From Minisyncoccota bacterium (GTDB lineage Bacteria > Patescibacteriota > Minisyncoccia > Minisyncoccales > GBS-2): a DNA stretch of 54,818 bases. The position numbers and the translations under genes were made by a program. The notes under the pieces are model-generated. The model was not told the origin of the DNA. It searched no databases and was given only the letters and a program-made list of their open reading frames with translations. Where the stretch lies: assembly GCA_938023415.1 (NCBI GenBank), contig CALHEE010000028.1:1-54818 (forward strand), in the 5' to 3' direction. Shown one piece after another: positions 1 to 9,034 of the stretch (its first letter is position 1; every line of letters begins with the position of its first letter).

Positions 1-85
1 CTAAAACTTGAGAAGATACAGGTCGTGCACATGCAATGTATTCTTGAATAATTTTGGTTAAAATTTCCTCTTGACGAGGGGTCAT
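1..85 (-). CDS. hrcA: Heat-inducible transcription repressor HrcA, first 28 codons only (gene continues past the left edge)
   Basis: Manual minus-strand translation from the ATG at 85-83 gives MTPRQEEILTKIIQEYIACARPVSSQVL. This fits the HrcA N-terminal winged-helix pattern RQ..IL..II..YI....PV.S..L. A CIRCE operator lies 30 nt upstream. Confidence 0.6.
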   Translation of the reverse strand, partial: MTPRQEEILTKIIQEYIACARPVSSQVL

Positions 86-96
86 TTTATATTTTT

Positions 97-125
97 ATCT
101 TAACAAATCGAAAATTAGCAGTCAA
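97..125 (-). promoter_or_regulatory. Sigma-70-like promoter for hrcA (TTGACT-17 nt-TAAGAT)
   Basis: Read on the minus strand: -35 TTGACT (125-120), 17-nt spacer, -10 TAAGAT (102-97), about 12 nt before the hrcA ATG. It overlaps the CIRCE left arm. Confidence 0.5.
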
Positions 126-141
126 GACTAAAGAGTGCTAA
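115..141. promoter_or_regulatory. CIRCE operator (HrcA binding site)
   Basis: TTAGCAGTC-aagactaaa-GAGTGCTAA matches the consensus TTAGCACTC-N9-GAGTGCTAA with one mismatch. It lies directly upstream of hrcA. Confidence 0.85.
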
Positions 142-182
142 AATACTTTTGAAAAAAAAGTTCAATTTGGTAAAATATCTTA

Positions 183-1733
183 ATGGCAAAAAAAAGAAAT
201 GTTCTCCTGCTAATCATTGTTCTGCTTACTGCTGGAATCTTTAGAATTTGGAAATTGGAAAACATTCCTCCAGGTCTCTATCCTGATGTTGCCCTCAATG
301 GAACTGAAGCATTTCTTTCTTTAAAAAATAGAGATTATAAGGTTTTTTATTCTGAAAATTATGGAAGAGAGGGCTTAATGATCTGGTTGATTGCCATTTC
401 TTTTTCTATTTTTGGAGTTTCTCTTTGGTCAATAAAAATTGTCGCCGCCTTCATTGGCATTCTTACGGTTTTTGCTCTATATCTTTTAGTAAAAGAATTA
501 TTCTCTGAAAGAACCGCCATACTTTCTGCTTTCTTTATGGCTACCTCTTTTTGGCATACCCTTCTCTCTCGGATAGGTTTTCGAGTGATTTTACTCCCGT
601 TTTTTTTAACACTTTCTTTTTATTTTCTTTTTAAAGCTTTAAAGGAAAAACGACTTTTTTATTCTTTTTTTGCAGGGGTCTTTTTTGGTCTTGGATTTTA
701 CACTTATACTTCTTTTAGAATGGCTGTTTTAATTTTACCTTTCTTTTTACTTTTGTGGCCTTTATATGAAAAAAAAGAAAAAATCAATTTTGTGAAAATT
801 TTTCTTTGTTTTCTAATCACAACCTTTATTTTTGCCTTACCAATTGGAATTTATTTTCTAAAAAACCCAAACGATTTTATTTCTCGAGCTACTCCTGTCA
901 CTGTCTTTTCAGCTAAAAATCCTTCTAAAGAATTTTTAAAATCTTTGATTGTCCACCTTGGGATGTTTAATTTTTATGGAGATCCCAATTGGCGCCATAA
1001 TTTTTCAAAACATCCCATGCTCTTTTGGCCAGTAGGAATTTTATTTTTAATAGGAATTTTTCGGATGATTAAAAATTCCTTAAAATTCAGTCTAAATCCA
1101 AAATTTTCCATTTATAATCTCCAATTTTTAATTTGGTTTTTGGTCATGCTTTTAGCTGGAATTTTAACAATAGAAGGCATCCCCCACTCTTTAAGAGTAG
1201 CAGGGACCATTCCTCCAGTGTTTGTTTTTGCGGGAATGGGTGCTGATTTAATTTTTGAAGAAATAGAAAAAAGAAAAAGATATTTCCCCCTCCTTAAAAA
1301 TGTTGGAATTTTAATTTTGATTTTGATCGCCATTTTTGAGTTTTATCGTTATTTCTTTATCTGGGCAAACAAACCAGAGGTGAAAAGTGAATTTACTGAA
1401 GAGCTCTTAAAAATGGGAAATTATCTAAATTCTTTACCAGAGAATGTAGAAAGGTATGTCATCGTCAACCGCGGAGGAATGAAAATATCTTGGGCAAACA
1501 ATTTGCCTATATCTTCCCAACCTATCATGTTTTTGGAATTTTCAAAATATGGGAAATTAAAGAGTAATTATTTGTTGCCAGAAGATCTGGAAAAAATTAA
1601 AATTGAAAAAGAAGGGGTAATTTTATTTTTAACCAAAGATGAAAAATTATTAGAAATAGTAAGAGAAAAATTTCCCGGAAAGTTAATCGAAAATGAATAT
1701 TTTTGGGCCTGGTATGTGGTTAAACCAAACTAA
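183..1733 (+). CDS. GT-C fold glycosyltransferase, family 39 / ArnT-PMT-like (polyprenol-phosphate-sugar dependent), polytopic membrane protein
   Basis: 516 aa with many TM helices. The N-terminal region (PPGLYPDVALNG...YGREGL) and overall layout are typical of PMT_2/ArnT-like enzymes. Confidence 0.6.
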   Translation: MAKKRNVLLLIIVLLTAGIFRIWKLENIPPGLYPDVALNGTEAFLSLKNRDYKVFYSENYGREGLMIWLIAISFSIFGVSLWSIKIVAAFIGILTVFALYLLVKELFSERTAILSAFFMATSFWHTLLSRIGFRVILLPFFLTLSFYFLFKALKEKRLFYSFFAGVFFGLGFYTYTSFRMAVLILPFFLLLWPLYEKKEKINFVKIFLCFLITTFIFALPIGIYFLKNPNDFISRATPVTVFSAKNPSKEFLKSLIVHLGMFNFYGDPNWRHNFSKHPMLFWPVGILFLIGIFRMIKNSLKFSLNPKFSIYNLQFLIWFLVMLLAGILTIEGIPHSLRVAGTIPPVFVFAGMGADLIFEEIEKRKRYFPLLKNVGILILILIAIFEFYRYFFIWANKPEVKSEFTEELLKMGNYLNSLPENVERYVIVNRGGMKISWANNLPISSQPIMFLEFSKYGKLKSNYLLPEDLEKIKIEKEGVILFLTKDEKLLEIVREKFPGKLIENEYFWAWYVVKPN

Positions 1734-3522
1734 AAAAATATCAATAGCTCTTTTGTTATTTATATTTTTGCTTGCCTTTTTTAGCAGTCTTGAAGATTCA
1801 GCCACAAGCGATGAAAATCCCCACATTGTGGCCGGCTATTCTTATTTGAGAAAAAAGGATATGAGACTAAATCCAGAACATCCACCCTTGGCAAAAGATT
1901 TAGCAGTCATTCCTCTTCTCTTTTTGAAATTAAATTTCCCTGAAAATTCTTTTGCCTGGCAACAGCCAGACGGTCCTTATTGGTGGCATCAGTTTAATTT
2001 AGGTGGAGAGTTTTTGTATCGGTCAGGCAACGATCCTGATAAAATTTTGTTTTTTGCAAGATTTCCAATGATTTTACTTTTAGTCATTTGTGGTTTCTTT
2101 GTCTTTAAATACGCTCGAGAATTTTTCGGGGAAAAGGTAGCTATTTTGGCCTTGTTTTTCTTCACCTTCTCCCCTACTTTTTTGGCTCATGGAAGATTGG
2201 TCACGACAGATGTGGCTGCTTCTTTTGGTGTAGTCTTTGCCACTTTTTTCTTCTTGAAAGCCTTAAAAGATCCCTCTTTGAAAAACATTATTTTAGCTGG
2301 AATTTCTTTGGGCATTGCTCAATGTTTAAAATTTTCGCTTATTTTAATCATTCCCTTTTTTGTTTTCATTACCCTTTTCTGGATACTCATTTTCAAAGAG
2401 ATAAAAAAGAGCTTAAAGGTTTTACTCATTTCTTTGATATTATGGGTTTTTGTCGTCTGGGTTGTCTACGGTCTTCAAATTTACCACTATCCACCAGAAA
2501 GACAATTAAGAGATACAAAGATAAATTTGGAATCTTTTTCTGGCGGTCCTTCTTCAATCAAAGAATCTTGCCTTTTCCCAAAATCATTTGAAAAACTAAA
2601 AAGATGTCCGGCAGAGATTGTCATTTTAGCTTCTAATAAACCATTAATTAGGCCATTGGCCCATTATGGATTAGGACTCTTAATGGCCTCTCAAAGAGCT
2701 GCAGGCGGTCATACCACCTACTTTTTGGGTGAAATTTCAGCTGCTGGCTGGAAAAACTATTTCCCTTTTGTTTATCTAATAAAAGAACCATTGGCCTTTC
2801 ATATTTTAACAATCATTTCCCTCTCTTTCTTTCTTCTAAAAATAAAAGAACCTTTTTGGAAAAGACCGATAGAAAGAATGAAAAATTTTATCAGAGAAAA
2901 TTTTGTAGCATTTTCAATGATTTTGTGGCTTTTAATCTATTGGTTAACTTCAATCAAAGCAAATTTGAACATTGGGGTAAGACATCTTTTACCTGTTTTT
3001 CCTTTTACCATGATTTTGGTAGCAAAAGGAACGATTTATTGGTTAGAGAATACAAAATTTAAGAAACTTTCTTTGGCTATCTTTGCCATCTTAATTTTCT
3101 GGCAGACAATTTCCGTTTTAAAAATTTTCCCCCACTTTTTATCTTATGCAAACGAAATAGTCGGGGGGCCGGAAAATCTTTATCTTTACACGGTCAATTC
3201 TAATCTAGATTGGGGTCAAGACTTAAAAAGATTAAAAAAATGGGTAGAAAAAAATAATATTGAAAAAATTTATCTTGATTATTTTGGTGGAGGAAATCCA
3301 GAATATTACCTAAAAGAAAAATTTTTGCCCTGGTGGGGTACTAGAGATCCAAAAGAATTCCCAAAAGGAAATTATTTAGCAGTCTCTCTCACTGCTTTAC
3401 AAGGGGGAAGAGGTTTGCCTGCGAAAAATTTTGATCAACCTCACGGTTATTATCTTTGGCTCAATCGCTATCAACCAATGGCCAAGATAGGCTACTCAAT
3501 TTTCGTTTATTATATTAATTAA
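1693..3522 (+). CDS. Second GT-C fold glycosyltransferase (family 39-like / phospholipid-carrier-dependent)
   Basis: 609 aa polytopic protein. The first periplasmic loop carries the acidic motif SDENPH, followed by YLRKKDMRLNPEHPPLAKD, as in ArnT/PMT-like enzymes. The true start may be M8 at 1714. Confidence 0.55.
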   Translation: MNIFGPGMWLNQTKKISIALLLFIFLLAFFSSLEDSATSDENPHIVAGYSYLRKKDMRLNPEHPPLAKDLAVIPLLFLKLNFPENSFAWQQPDGPYWWHQFNLGGEFLYRSGNDPDKILFFARFPMILLLVICGFFVFKYAREFFGEKVAILALFFFTFSPTFLAHGRLVTTDVAASFGVVFATFFFLKALKDPSLKNIILAGISLGIAQCLKFSLILIIPFFVFITLFWILIFKEIKKSLKVLLISLILWVFVVWVVYGLQIYHYPPERQLRDTKINLESFSGGPSSIKESCLFPKSFEKLKRCPAEIVILASNKPLIRPLAHYGLGLLMASQRAAGGHTTYFLGEISAAGWKNYFPFVYLIKEPLAFHILTIISLSFFLLKIKEPFWKRPIERMKNFIRENFVAFSMILWLLIYWLTSIKANLNIGVRHLLPVFPFTMILVAKGTIYWLENTKFKKLSLAIFAILIFWQTISVLKIFPHFLSYANEIVGGPENLYLYTVNSNLDWGQDLKRLKKWVEKNNIEKIYLDYFGGGNPEYYLKEKFLPWWGTRDPKEFPKGNYLAVSLTALQGGRGLPAKNFDQPHGYYLWLNRYQPMAKIGYSIFVYYIN

Positions 3523-4251
3523 ATGGAGAAAAAGCTTTTTACCATTAAGGAAGCTCAAAAAATTGTCTTTGTTGGAGATACCCATGGAGATTTAGAGGTG
3601 AGCAAGAAAGTGATTAAAAACTATTTAATCCCTGGAAATAAAATTGTCTTTTTGGGAGATTATGTTGATAGAGGGAAATATTCTAAAGAAAATTTAAATT
3701 TTCTATTAAAGATCAAAGAAAAACATCCAGGAGAAATTTTCCTTTTACAAGGAAATCATGAGGGCTATCCGATTTTAAAATTTTCTCCAGCTGAATTTTG
3801 GGAAAGCCTTTCAGCTAAAGAGTATAGTTCATTTTCTCAAAAAATAAAAAATATGGGGCTAGTGGCAATTGCTAAAAATATTATCGCTTTACATGGTGCC
3901 CTGCCAGATGTCAAAAATCTAAAAGAAATCGAAAAAATAAAATTGGGAGATCAAAATTGGTTTCAGATTTGCTGGGGAGATTTCTATGAGAAACCAGGAT
4001 ACTATTTAGGAATTGATTCTTCAACTTTTCGTCCCCAATTTGGAAGGGATTACTTTTTTTATTTAATGGAGAGGTTCCAAAAGAAGATTCTAATTCGGTC
4101 TCATCAACCAGATGCTCCTCAGTTTATGTTTAATGATCGCTGTCTCACTATCTTTTCTTCTCATGCTTATAAAAGAAAACGAGAAATTGCTATTGCTGAT
4201 TTTTCAAAAGAAATTAAAACCGCCAAAGATTTAAAAATCGTCGAAATTTGA
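3523..4251 (+). CDS. PPP-family serine/threonine protein phosphatase (calcineurin-like metallophosphoesterase)
   Basis: The motifs GDTHGD, GDYVDRG, GNHE and HG occur in canonical order. Confidence 0.8.
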   Translation: MEKKLFTIKEAQKIVFVGDTHGDLEVSKKVIKNYLIPGNKIVFLGDYVDRGKYSKENLNFLLKIKEKHPGEIFLLQGNHEGYPILKFSPAEFWESLSAKEYSSFSQKIKNMGLVAIAKNIIALHGALPDVKNLKEIEKIKLGDQNWFQICWGDFYEKPGYYLGIDSSTFRPQFGRDYFFYLMERFQKKILIRSHQPDAPQFMFNDRCLTIFSSHAYKRKREIAIADFSKEIKTAKDLKIVEI

Positions 4252-4348
4252 AAAAGTAAAAAATTCGCGTAGCGAAACCCAACCTTAATTAAAGTTATTT
4301 TTGAAAAAATCCAAAGGGAGGAATTGACCGAGAAAGTTTGTATTTGAT

Positions 4349-4930
4349 ATGATAAAGATCACTCTATTTATGAACCCCTATTCAAATTTAGCCAAAAAAA
4401 GTGTTGAAACTTTCATTAAAGAAAAGAGAATCATTGCTCCGCCGAAGGATCTTCCAAAAGAATTTTTTGAAAGACGTGCGGGAGTCTTTGTGACCATTGA
4501 AAAAAATGGTCAACTGCGGGGTTGTCTCGGTACTTATTTACCCACCAAAATTAATATTGCCGAAGAAATTATTCATAATGCCATTGCTGCTGCCACTCAA
4601 GATTATCGATTTGAGCCAGTCCATGAAAATGAGTTAGATTCTTTAAATTACACTGTATATATTTTAAGTTTGCCAGAATCGGTAAAAGATATTAAAGAAT
4701 TAAACCCAAAAAAATATGGCATAATTGTTAAAACATTTCCCTTGATCTTTCCTAATGAAGAGATCTCTTTTGACGAAAACATCACCTCAAAAACCGGTCT
4801 TTTACTGCCAGATTTAGAAGGAATAGACACAGTAGAACAACAAATTTCCATCGCCTGTCAAAAAGCTGGTATTAACCCGGAAAAAGAAAAATTTTATCTT
4901 TACAAATTTACGGTTGAAAAACACAAATAA
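4349..4930 (+). CDS. AMMECR1 domain protein
   Basis: GVFVTIEKNGQLRGCLGT matches the AMMECR1 signature (LRGCIG). Size is about 190 aa. Confidence 0.7.
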   Translation: MIKITLFMNPYSNLAKKSVETFIKEKRIIAPPKDLPKEFFERRAGVFVTIEKNGQLRGCLGTYLPTKINIAEEIIHNAIAAATQDYRFEPVHENELDSLNYTVYILSLPESVKDIKELNPKKYGIIVKTFPLIFPNEEISFDENITSKTGLLLPDLEGIDTVEQQISIACQKAGINPEKEKFYLYKFTVEKHK

Positions 4931-4935
4931 AATTA

Positions 4936-5595
4936 ATGAAACTTGATTTACACTGTCATAGTTACTATTCTATCGACGGTTTTTCTTCTCCAGAAGCTTT
5001 ATTAAAAACAGCTATTAAAAGAGGATTGGATGGTATTGCCATCACCGATCATGACACTACAGCAGGATGGAAGGAAGCAGAGAAAGCAGCAAAAAAGTTA
5101 AACGCTATTTTAATTCTTGGTCAGGAAATAAAGACAAAAAAAGGAGACATTTTAGGGCTTTTTTTAAATAAAGAAATTAAATCGCGAGATCCATTTTTAG
5201 TAATAAAAGAAATAAAAGCTCAGGGTGGAATAGTGATCATTCCTCATCCTTTTCACTTCCCTCATCATTTCCGTGATGATTTAACAAAATACAGAAATTT
5301 AATTGATGGAATTGAGGTCTTAAACTCGAGATCTCTTTTTCCTTCGGCAATAAAAAAAGCGCTAATTTTCGCTCAAAAATATAATCTCGCGCTTGTAGGA
5401 GGAAGTGATGCTCATGTCCATTTTAATGTCGGTGATGCTTTCACGGTTGTTGAGGCAAAAAATGTAAATGAAGTCAAAAAAGCTATTTTAGAACGGAAAA
5501 CAAAAATTGAAGGAAAGAGATCTCCCCTCTTTTCTCTCCTTCTGCCAATTTTGGCAAAAACGAAAAATTTAGCAAAAAGAAAATTATTCTCTTAA
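4936..5595 (+). CDS. PHP-domain metal-dependent phosphoesterase
   Basis: It contains DLHCHSYYSIDG, ITDHD, a later IPHP, and GGSDAH, matching the PHP His/Asp motif order. Confidence 0.75.
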   Translation: MKLDLHCHSYYSIDGFSSPEALLKTAIKRGLDGIAITDHDTTAGWKEAEKAAKKLNAILILGQEIKTKKGDILGLFLNKEIKSRDPFLVIKEIKAQGGIVIIPHPFHFPHHFRDDLTKYRNLIDGIEVLNSRSLFPSAIKKALIFAQKYNLALVGGSDAHVHFNVGDAFTVVEAKNVNEVKKAILERKTKIEGKRSPLFSLLLPILAKTKNLAKRKLFS

Positions 5596-6180
5596 TTTTA
5601 AGACAGAAATAATTCTTTGGATGGCAGTAAAATTTGTCAAAATGGCAATCAAAATTAAAAGATAAACCATCCAAAGCTTATTCAAAATTCCTAAAATTAA
5701 AGAAACGGCAAGAAAAATTATTCGCTCTGCACGAGAAAAAAAACCTCCCTTTAGTTCTTCACCCGTTAATTCTTTTTCTTTTGCAGCTGCTTTAGCATAA
5801 GTTGTCATGAGAGAACCAAACAAGATAAGAAAAATCCAAAAATGAGGAGGGAAAAAGATTTTTGGTAATGGCAAAAAAAGCATCCCCAAAAGCAAAAGAG
5901 CTTCAATGTACCGATCGCAGATTGTATCTAAGTAAGCTCCTTTTTTACTAACTAAATTTTTCTCTCTTGCAATTGCCCCATCGATGAAATCTAATAAACC
6001 AGCCCCTACAAAGAAAAAAAGAGCAAGTATGAGATTTCCTTTTACTAGTGAGAAAAAAGTCCCTAAACCAAAAAAAATGGAAAGTAAAGTATATTGATTG
6101 GGAGTGAATGGCAAAAAAGAAAAAATTTTTGCCACAGCCTTTTCTATTTTATTAAATTTTTTTTTGTAGAGGTCGAGCAT
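5584..6180 (-). CDS. CDP-alcohol phosphatidyltransferase, small PIP/AIP-synthase-sized enzyme
   Basis: DFIDGAIAREKNLVSKKGAYLDTICDR matches D-x2-DG-x2-AR-x8-G-x3-D-x3-D. It is 198 aa and multi-TM, and is the last gene of the inositol operon. Confidence 0.8.
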   Translation of the reverse strand: MLDLYKKKFNKIEKAVAKIFSFLPFTPNQYTLLSIFFGLGTFFSLVKGNLILALFFFVGAGLLDFIDGAIAREKNLVSKKGAYLDTICDRYIEALLLLGMLFLPLPKIFFPPHFWIFLILFGSLMTTYAKAAAKEKELTGEELKGGFFSRAERIIFLAVSLILGILNKLWMVYLLILIAILTNFTAIQRIISVLKLRE

Positions 6181-6235
6181 TTTTTATAAGGAGAGCTGAA
6201 AGATCAGTACTTTAGGTTTTTTAATTTTCCAATAT

Positions 6236-7525
6236 TCATAAAATGTTTTCAAGAATGTTTTCGACTTTTTCAAGCTTTCTTATCAAAAAATCAGGGTTTC
6301 CTCTAAAAAGCCAATTTTTTTCTCGTTCGTTTTTGTAAAAACCAATTTTTACCTCAACAGGCAACAACAAATCTTTTAGAGAGTCGCTAATCAAGACAAA
6401 CTTTTTCTTGGGGAATTTTTTTCTTAAAATTTCAAGATGATCTTTTTTAATTCCCTTTTCTTTTCCTAAAACCCCAACTTTTGAAATTTTGTTTTCTTTC
6501 AACCATTTTTTCACTATCCATTCTTCGCTCCCACTTAAAATGAATTGCTCAAATCCTAGTTTTTTCAATTTTATTAATATCTTTTTCGCTCCTTTTATTG
6601 TTTTTGCCTTAAGGTAAACTTCTCTTAGTTTCCTTTGATGATATTCTCTCGCACACTTTGCTCTCTCTTTTTCTTTTTCTGGAAAGATTAACTCCAATTG
6701 TTTTTCAAATGGTAAACCGGTAGTTTGAAGATATTTATCTTTCGCTTTTTTCTTGCTAATTTGAAAATATTTAGAAATCAGCTCACTCGCTAATTTTGTA
6801 TGAGCTTTCATGGTATCTATCAATGTGCCGTCAAAATCCCATAAAATCAAAAAGTTTTTTTCTTTTTTAAACCAGCTCACTATCTCTTTTAGGCTATGGA
6901 AAATTTTATCCGCTTTCGAAAAATCTTGCTTTTTGGAATATTTATTGGGAATAGCAAAACAAAAAAGACCAGCTGATTTGGCAGATTCTACCCCGTATTG
7001 AGTATCTTCGATGGCAAGACAATTTTGGGGTTTCAATTTCAATTTTTTTACTGCTTTTAAATAAATGTCTGGCGCCGGCTTTCCCCTTTTCACATCCTCA
7101 CGAGAAACAATGACCGAAAAATATTTTTTGAGACTGCTTTTTTTCAATTTAATTAAAACCTCCTTTTTAGAGCCAGTGCTGGCTAAGGCGATTGGATAAA
7201 AAAGACGAAAAAACTTTAGCGCCTCTTTCGCTTGGGGCATCAATTTTATTTCTCTCTTTTGGTAAATTTTCAAAATATATTCGTCTCTTTTTTTCACTAA
7301 TTCTTTTTCTTGAACTTTTAGGCCATATCTTCTTTTCAATTGATTGGCAATAAACTCCGCACTTTTTCCTCTAAAAGATAAAAGATCTTTTTCTGAAACT
7401 TTTGGCAAAAAAATTCCATAATCTTTTAAAACTTTAATCCAGGCTTTTATCTGAAGACCTTCCGTGTCGATTAAAACTCCGTCTAAATCGAAAACGACGC
7501 CCTTAATCTTTTCTAAACTAAACAT
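6236..7525 (-). CDS. Tandem double HAD-superfamily hydrolase (beta-phosphoglucomutase-like HAD-IA module plus a second HAD module)
   Basis: Module 1 has FDLDGVLIDT, ASTGS, RGKPAP and EDT. Module 2 has WDFDGTLIDT, LSGS and ISDS. Confidence 0.7.
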   Translation of the reverse strand: MFSLEKIKGVVFDLDGVLIDTEGLQIKAWIKVLKDYGIFLPKVSEKDLLSFRGKSAEFIANQLKRRYGLKVQEKELVKKRDEYILKIYQKREIKLMPQAKEALKFFRLFYPIALASTGSKKEVLIKLKKSSLKKYFSVIVSREDVKRGKPAPDIYLKAVKKLKLKPQNCLAIEDTQYGVESAKSAGLFCFAIPNKYSKKQDFSKADKIFHSLKEIVSWFKKEKNFLILWDFDGTLIDTMKAHTKLASELISKYFQISKKKAKDKYLQTTGLPFEKQLELIFPEKEKERAKCAREYHQRKLREVYLKAKTIKGAKKILIKLKKLGFEQFILSGSEEWIVKKWLKENKISKVGVLGKEKGIKKDHLEILRKKFPKKKFVLISDSLKDLLLPVEVKIGFYKNEREKNWLFRGNPDFLIRKLEKVENILENIL

Positions 7526-7534
7526 TTTTGATTT

Positions 7535-7834
7535 TTATATTTTTTGAAGTAATTCTTGACAAAAACTCTTCATTTTTTCCAGCTCCATCTTACCTCGTTC
7601 GCTCGTAAGGTAAGCTTTTTTTCCTTTGTATTTTTCTGTTTGAAGGTATCCTTGCCTTCTCAAGCGATACAAAACACTCTTTAACAAGAGATTTTTTGGT
7701 AAAAAACCAAATCTCTCAAAAATTTTTTTCCCTACTTCCTCATCGCAAACCAAATTTTCCTTTCCCAAGCTCAAAACATAAATCCATAAATTCCCTTCAG
7801 TATTCAATTTTTTAAATCTTTCAAAAGGTTCCAT
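7535..7834 (-). CDS. PadR-family small winged-helix transcription regulator
   Basis: 99 aa. It is a paralog of 9035-9337, sharing an N-terminus of the form PFER.KK.NT..NLW.Y.LSL. The pattern YRLRRQGYL...KKAYLTSERGKMEL is PadR-like. Confidence 0.6.
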   Translation of the reverse strand: MEPFERFKKLNTEGNLWIYVLSLGKENLVCDEEVGKKIFERFGFLPKNLLLKSVLYRLRRQGYLQTEKYKGKKAYLTSERGKMELEKMKSFCQELLQKI

Positions 7835-7840
7835 GTTTTT

Positions 7841-8944
7841 TTATCTTTCTCTAATTCCTTTTATAAATTCTTCGACCATTTCTCTCGCTTTTTCATCGCT
7901 AAATTGTTGGGGAGGATGTTTCATTAAATAAGCTGAAGCTGAAATTAAAGGCCCCCCTACCTTTCTATCTAAAGCTAATTTTGCCAACCTTATCGCATCA
8001 ATGACACAACCTGCGGAATTGGGTGAATCCTCGACTGAGAGTCTTAGCTCAAGTTCAACCGGGACATTGCCAAATTTCCTCCCTTCAATTCTGATAAAGC
8101 AAATTTTATTGTCTTTTAGCCAAGGCACCCAATCTGAAGGACCAATGTGTAAATTCTCATAACTTAATCTTTTTGCCAATTGAGACTCTACTGCTTCTGT
8201 TTTGGAAATTTTTTTTGACTTCAGTCTTTCCCTTGCTAGCATGTTGAGAAAATCAGTGTTCCCTCCAAAATTCAATTGATAAGACCTATCGATAATTACT
8301 CCTCTTTGGGTAAAAAGATGGGTCAGGGTTCGATGGACAATGGTTGCTCCCACTTGAGATTTGATATCATCGCCAATGCAGGGTAACCTTTTCTTTTCAA
8401 ATTTTTCTGCCCATTTTTTATTAGAGACAATGAAAACTGGCATACAATTTATAAAAGCGGTTCCTGCCTCCAGAGCAGCTTTTGCGTAATATTCCGTCGC
8501 TTTTTGGGCACCTACTGGCAAATAATTAATCAAAATTTCTGCTCCAACTTTTTTTAATTCTTTTGCCACATCTACTGGCTTTTCTTTTGCTACGAGGAAA
8601 GTTTTATCTTCCGGATATTCTTTCATATGGGAAGCCACTCCATCTAAAATAGGTCCCATTTTAACTTTTACTCCTTGTTTGGGAATATCGCGACAAAAAA
8701 CCTTGGTACAATTTGGAGGAGCAAAGATGGCTTCTGAGACATCCTTACCAACTTTTCTTTTGTCCACATCAAAGGCAGCCACTACTTTAATATCAGAAAT
8801 TTTGTACCCCCCCAAAACATTGTGCATCAAACCTGGTACCAACTCCTTTTCATCCTTGACATTTTTGTAGTAAAATAGTCCTTGGATGAGACTGGATGCA
8901 CAATTGCCCACCCCAACGATAGCGATTTTAATTTCTCTTGACAT
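7841..8944 (-). CDS. ino1: myo-inositol-1-phosphate synthase (archaeal/bacterial short type)
   Basis: 367 aa. The N-terminus has the NAD-binding motif [16 protein letters not shown], followed by [15 protein letters not shown] and [11 protein letters not shown]. All are typical of MIPS. Confidence 0.8.
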   Translation of the reverse strand: MSREIKIAIVGVGNCASSLIQGLFYYKNVKDEKELVPGLMHNVLGGYKISDIKVVAAFDVDKRKVGKDVSEAIFAPPNCTKVFCRDIPKQGVKVKMGPILDGVASHMKEYPEDKTFLVAKEKPVDVAKELKKVGAEILINYLPVGAQKATEYYAKAALEAGTAFINCMPVFIVSNKKWAEKFEKKRLPCIGDDIKSQVGATIVHRTLTHLFTQRGVIIDRSYQLNFGGNTDFLNMLARERLKSKKISKTEAVESQLAKRLSYENLHIGPSDWVPWLKDNKICFIRIEGRKFGNVPVELELRLSVEDSPNSAGCVIDAIRLAKLALDRKVGGPLISASAYLMKHPPQQFSDEKAREMVEEFIKGIRER

Positions 8945-8980
8945 ATTTTTTAAAATTTTTCAGAATAATTTAGACCTTGT

Positions 8981-8994
8981 TTTACAACTGTAAA
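8981..8994. promoter_or_regulatory. Perfect palindrome TTTACA-AC-TGTAAA at the predicted ino1 transcription start; candidate operator
   Basis: Inverted repeat seen directly in the sequence. It sits just downstream of the ino1 -10 box, between the divergent ino1 and padR-like genes. Confidence 0.35.
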
Positions 8995-8996
8995 TT

Positions 8997-9024
8997 ATTT
9001 TACCAAAGTAAAATAGCTTGTCAA
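8997..9024 (-). promoter_or_regulatory. Sigma-70-like promoter of the ino1 operon (TTGACA-16 nt-TAAAAT)
   Basis: Minus strand: -35 TTGACA (9024-9019), 16-nt spacer, -10 TAAAAT (9002-8997). Confidence 0.6.
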
Positions 9025-9034
9025 GTGGAAAACC

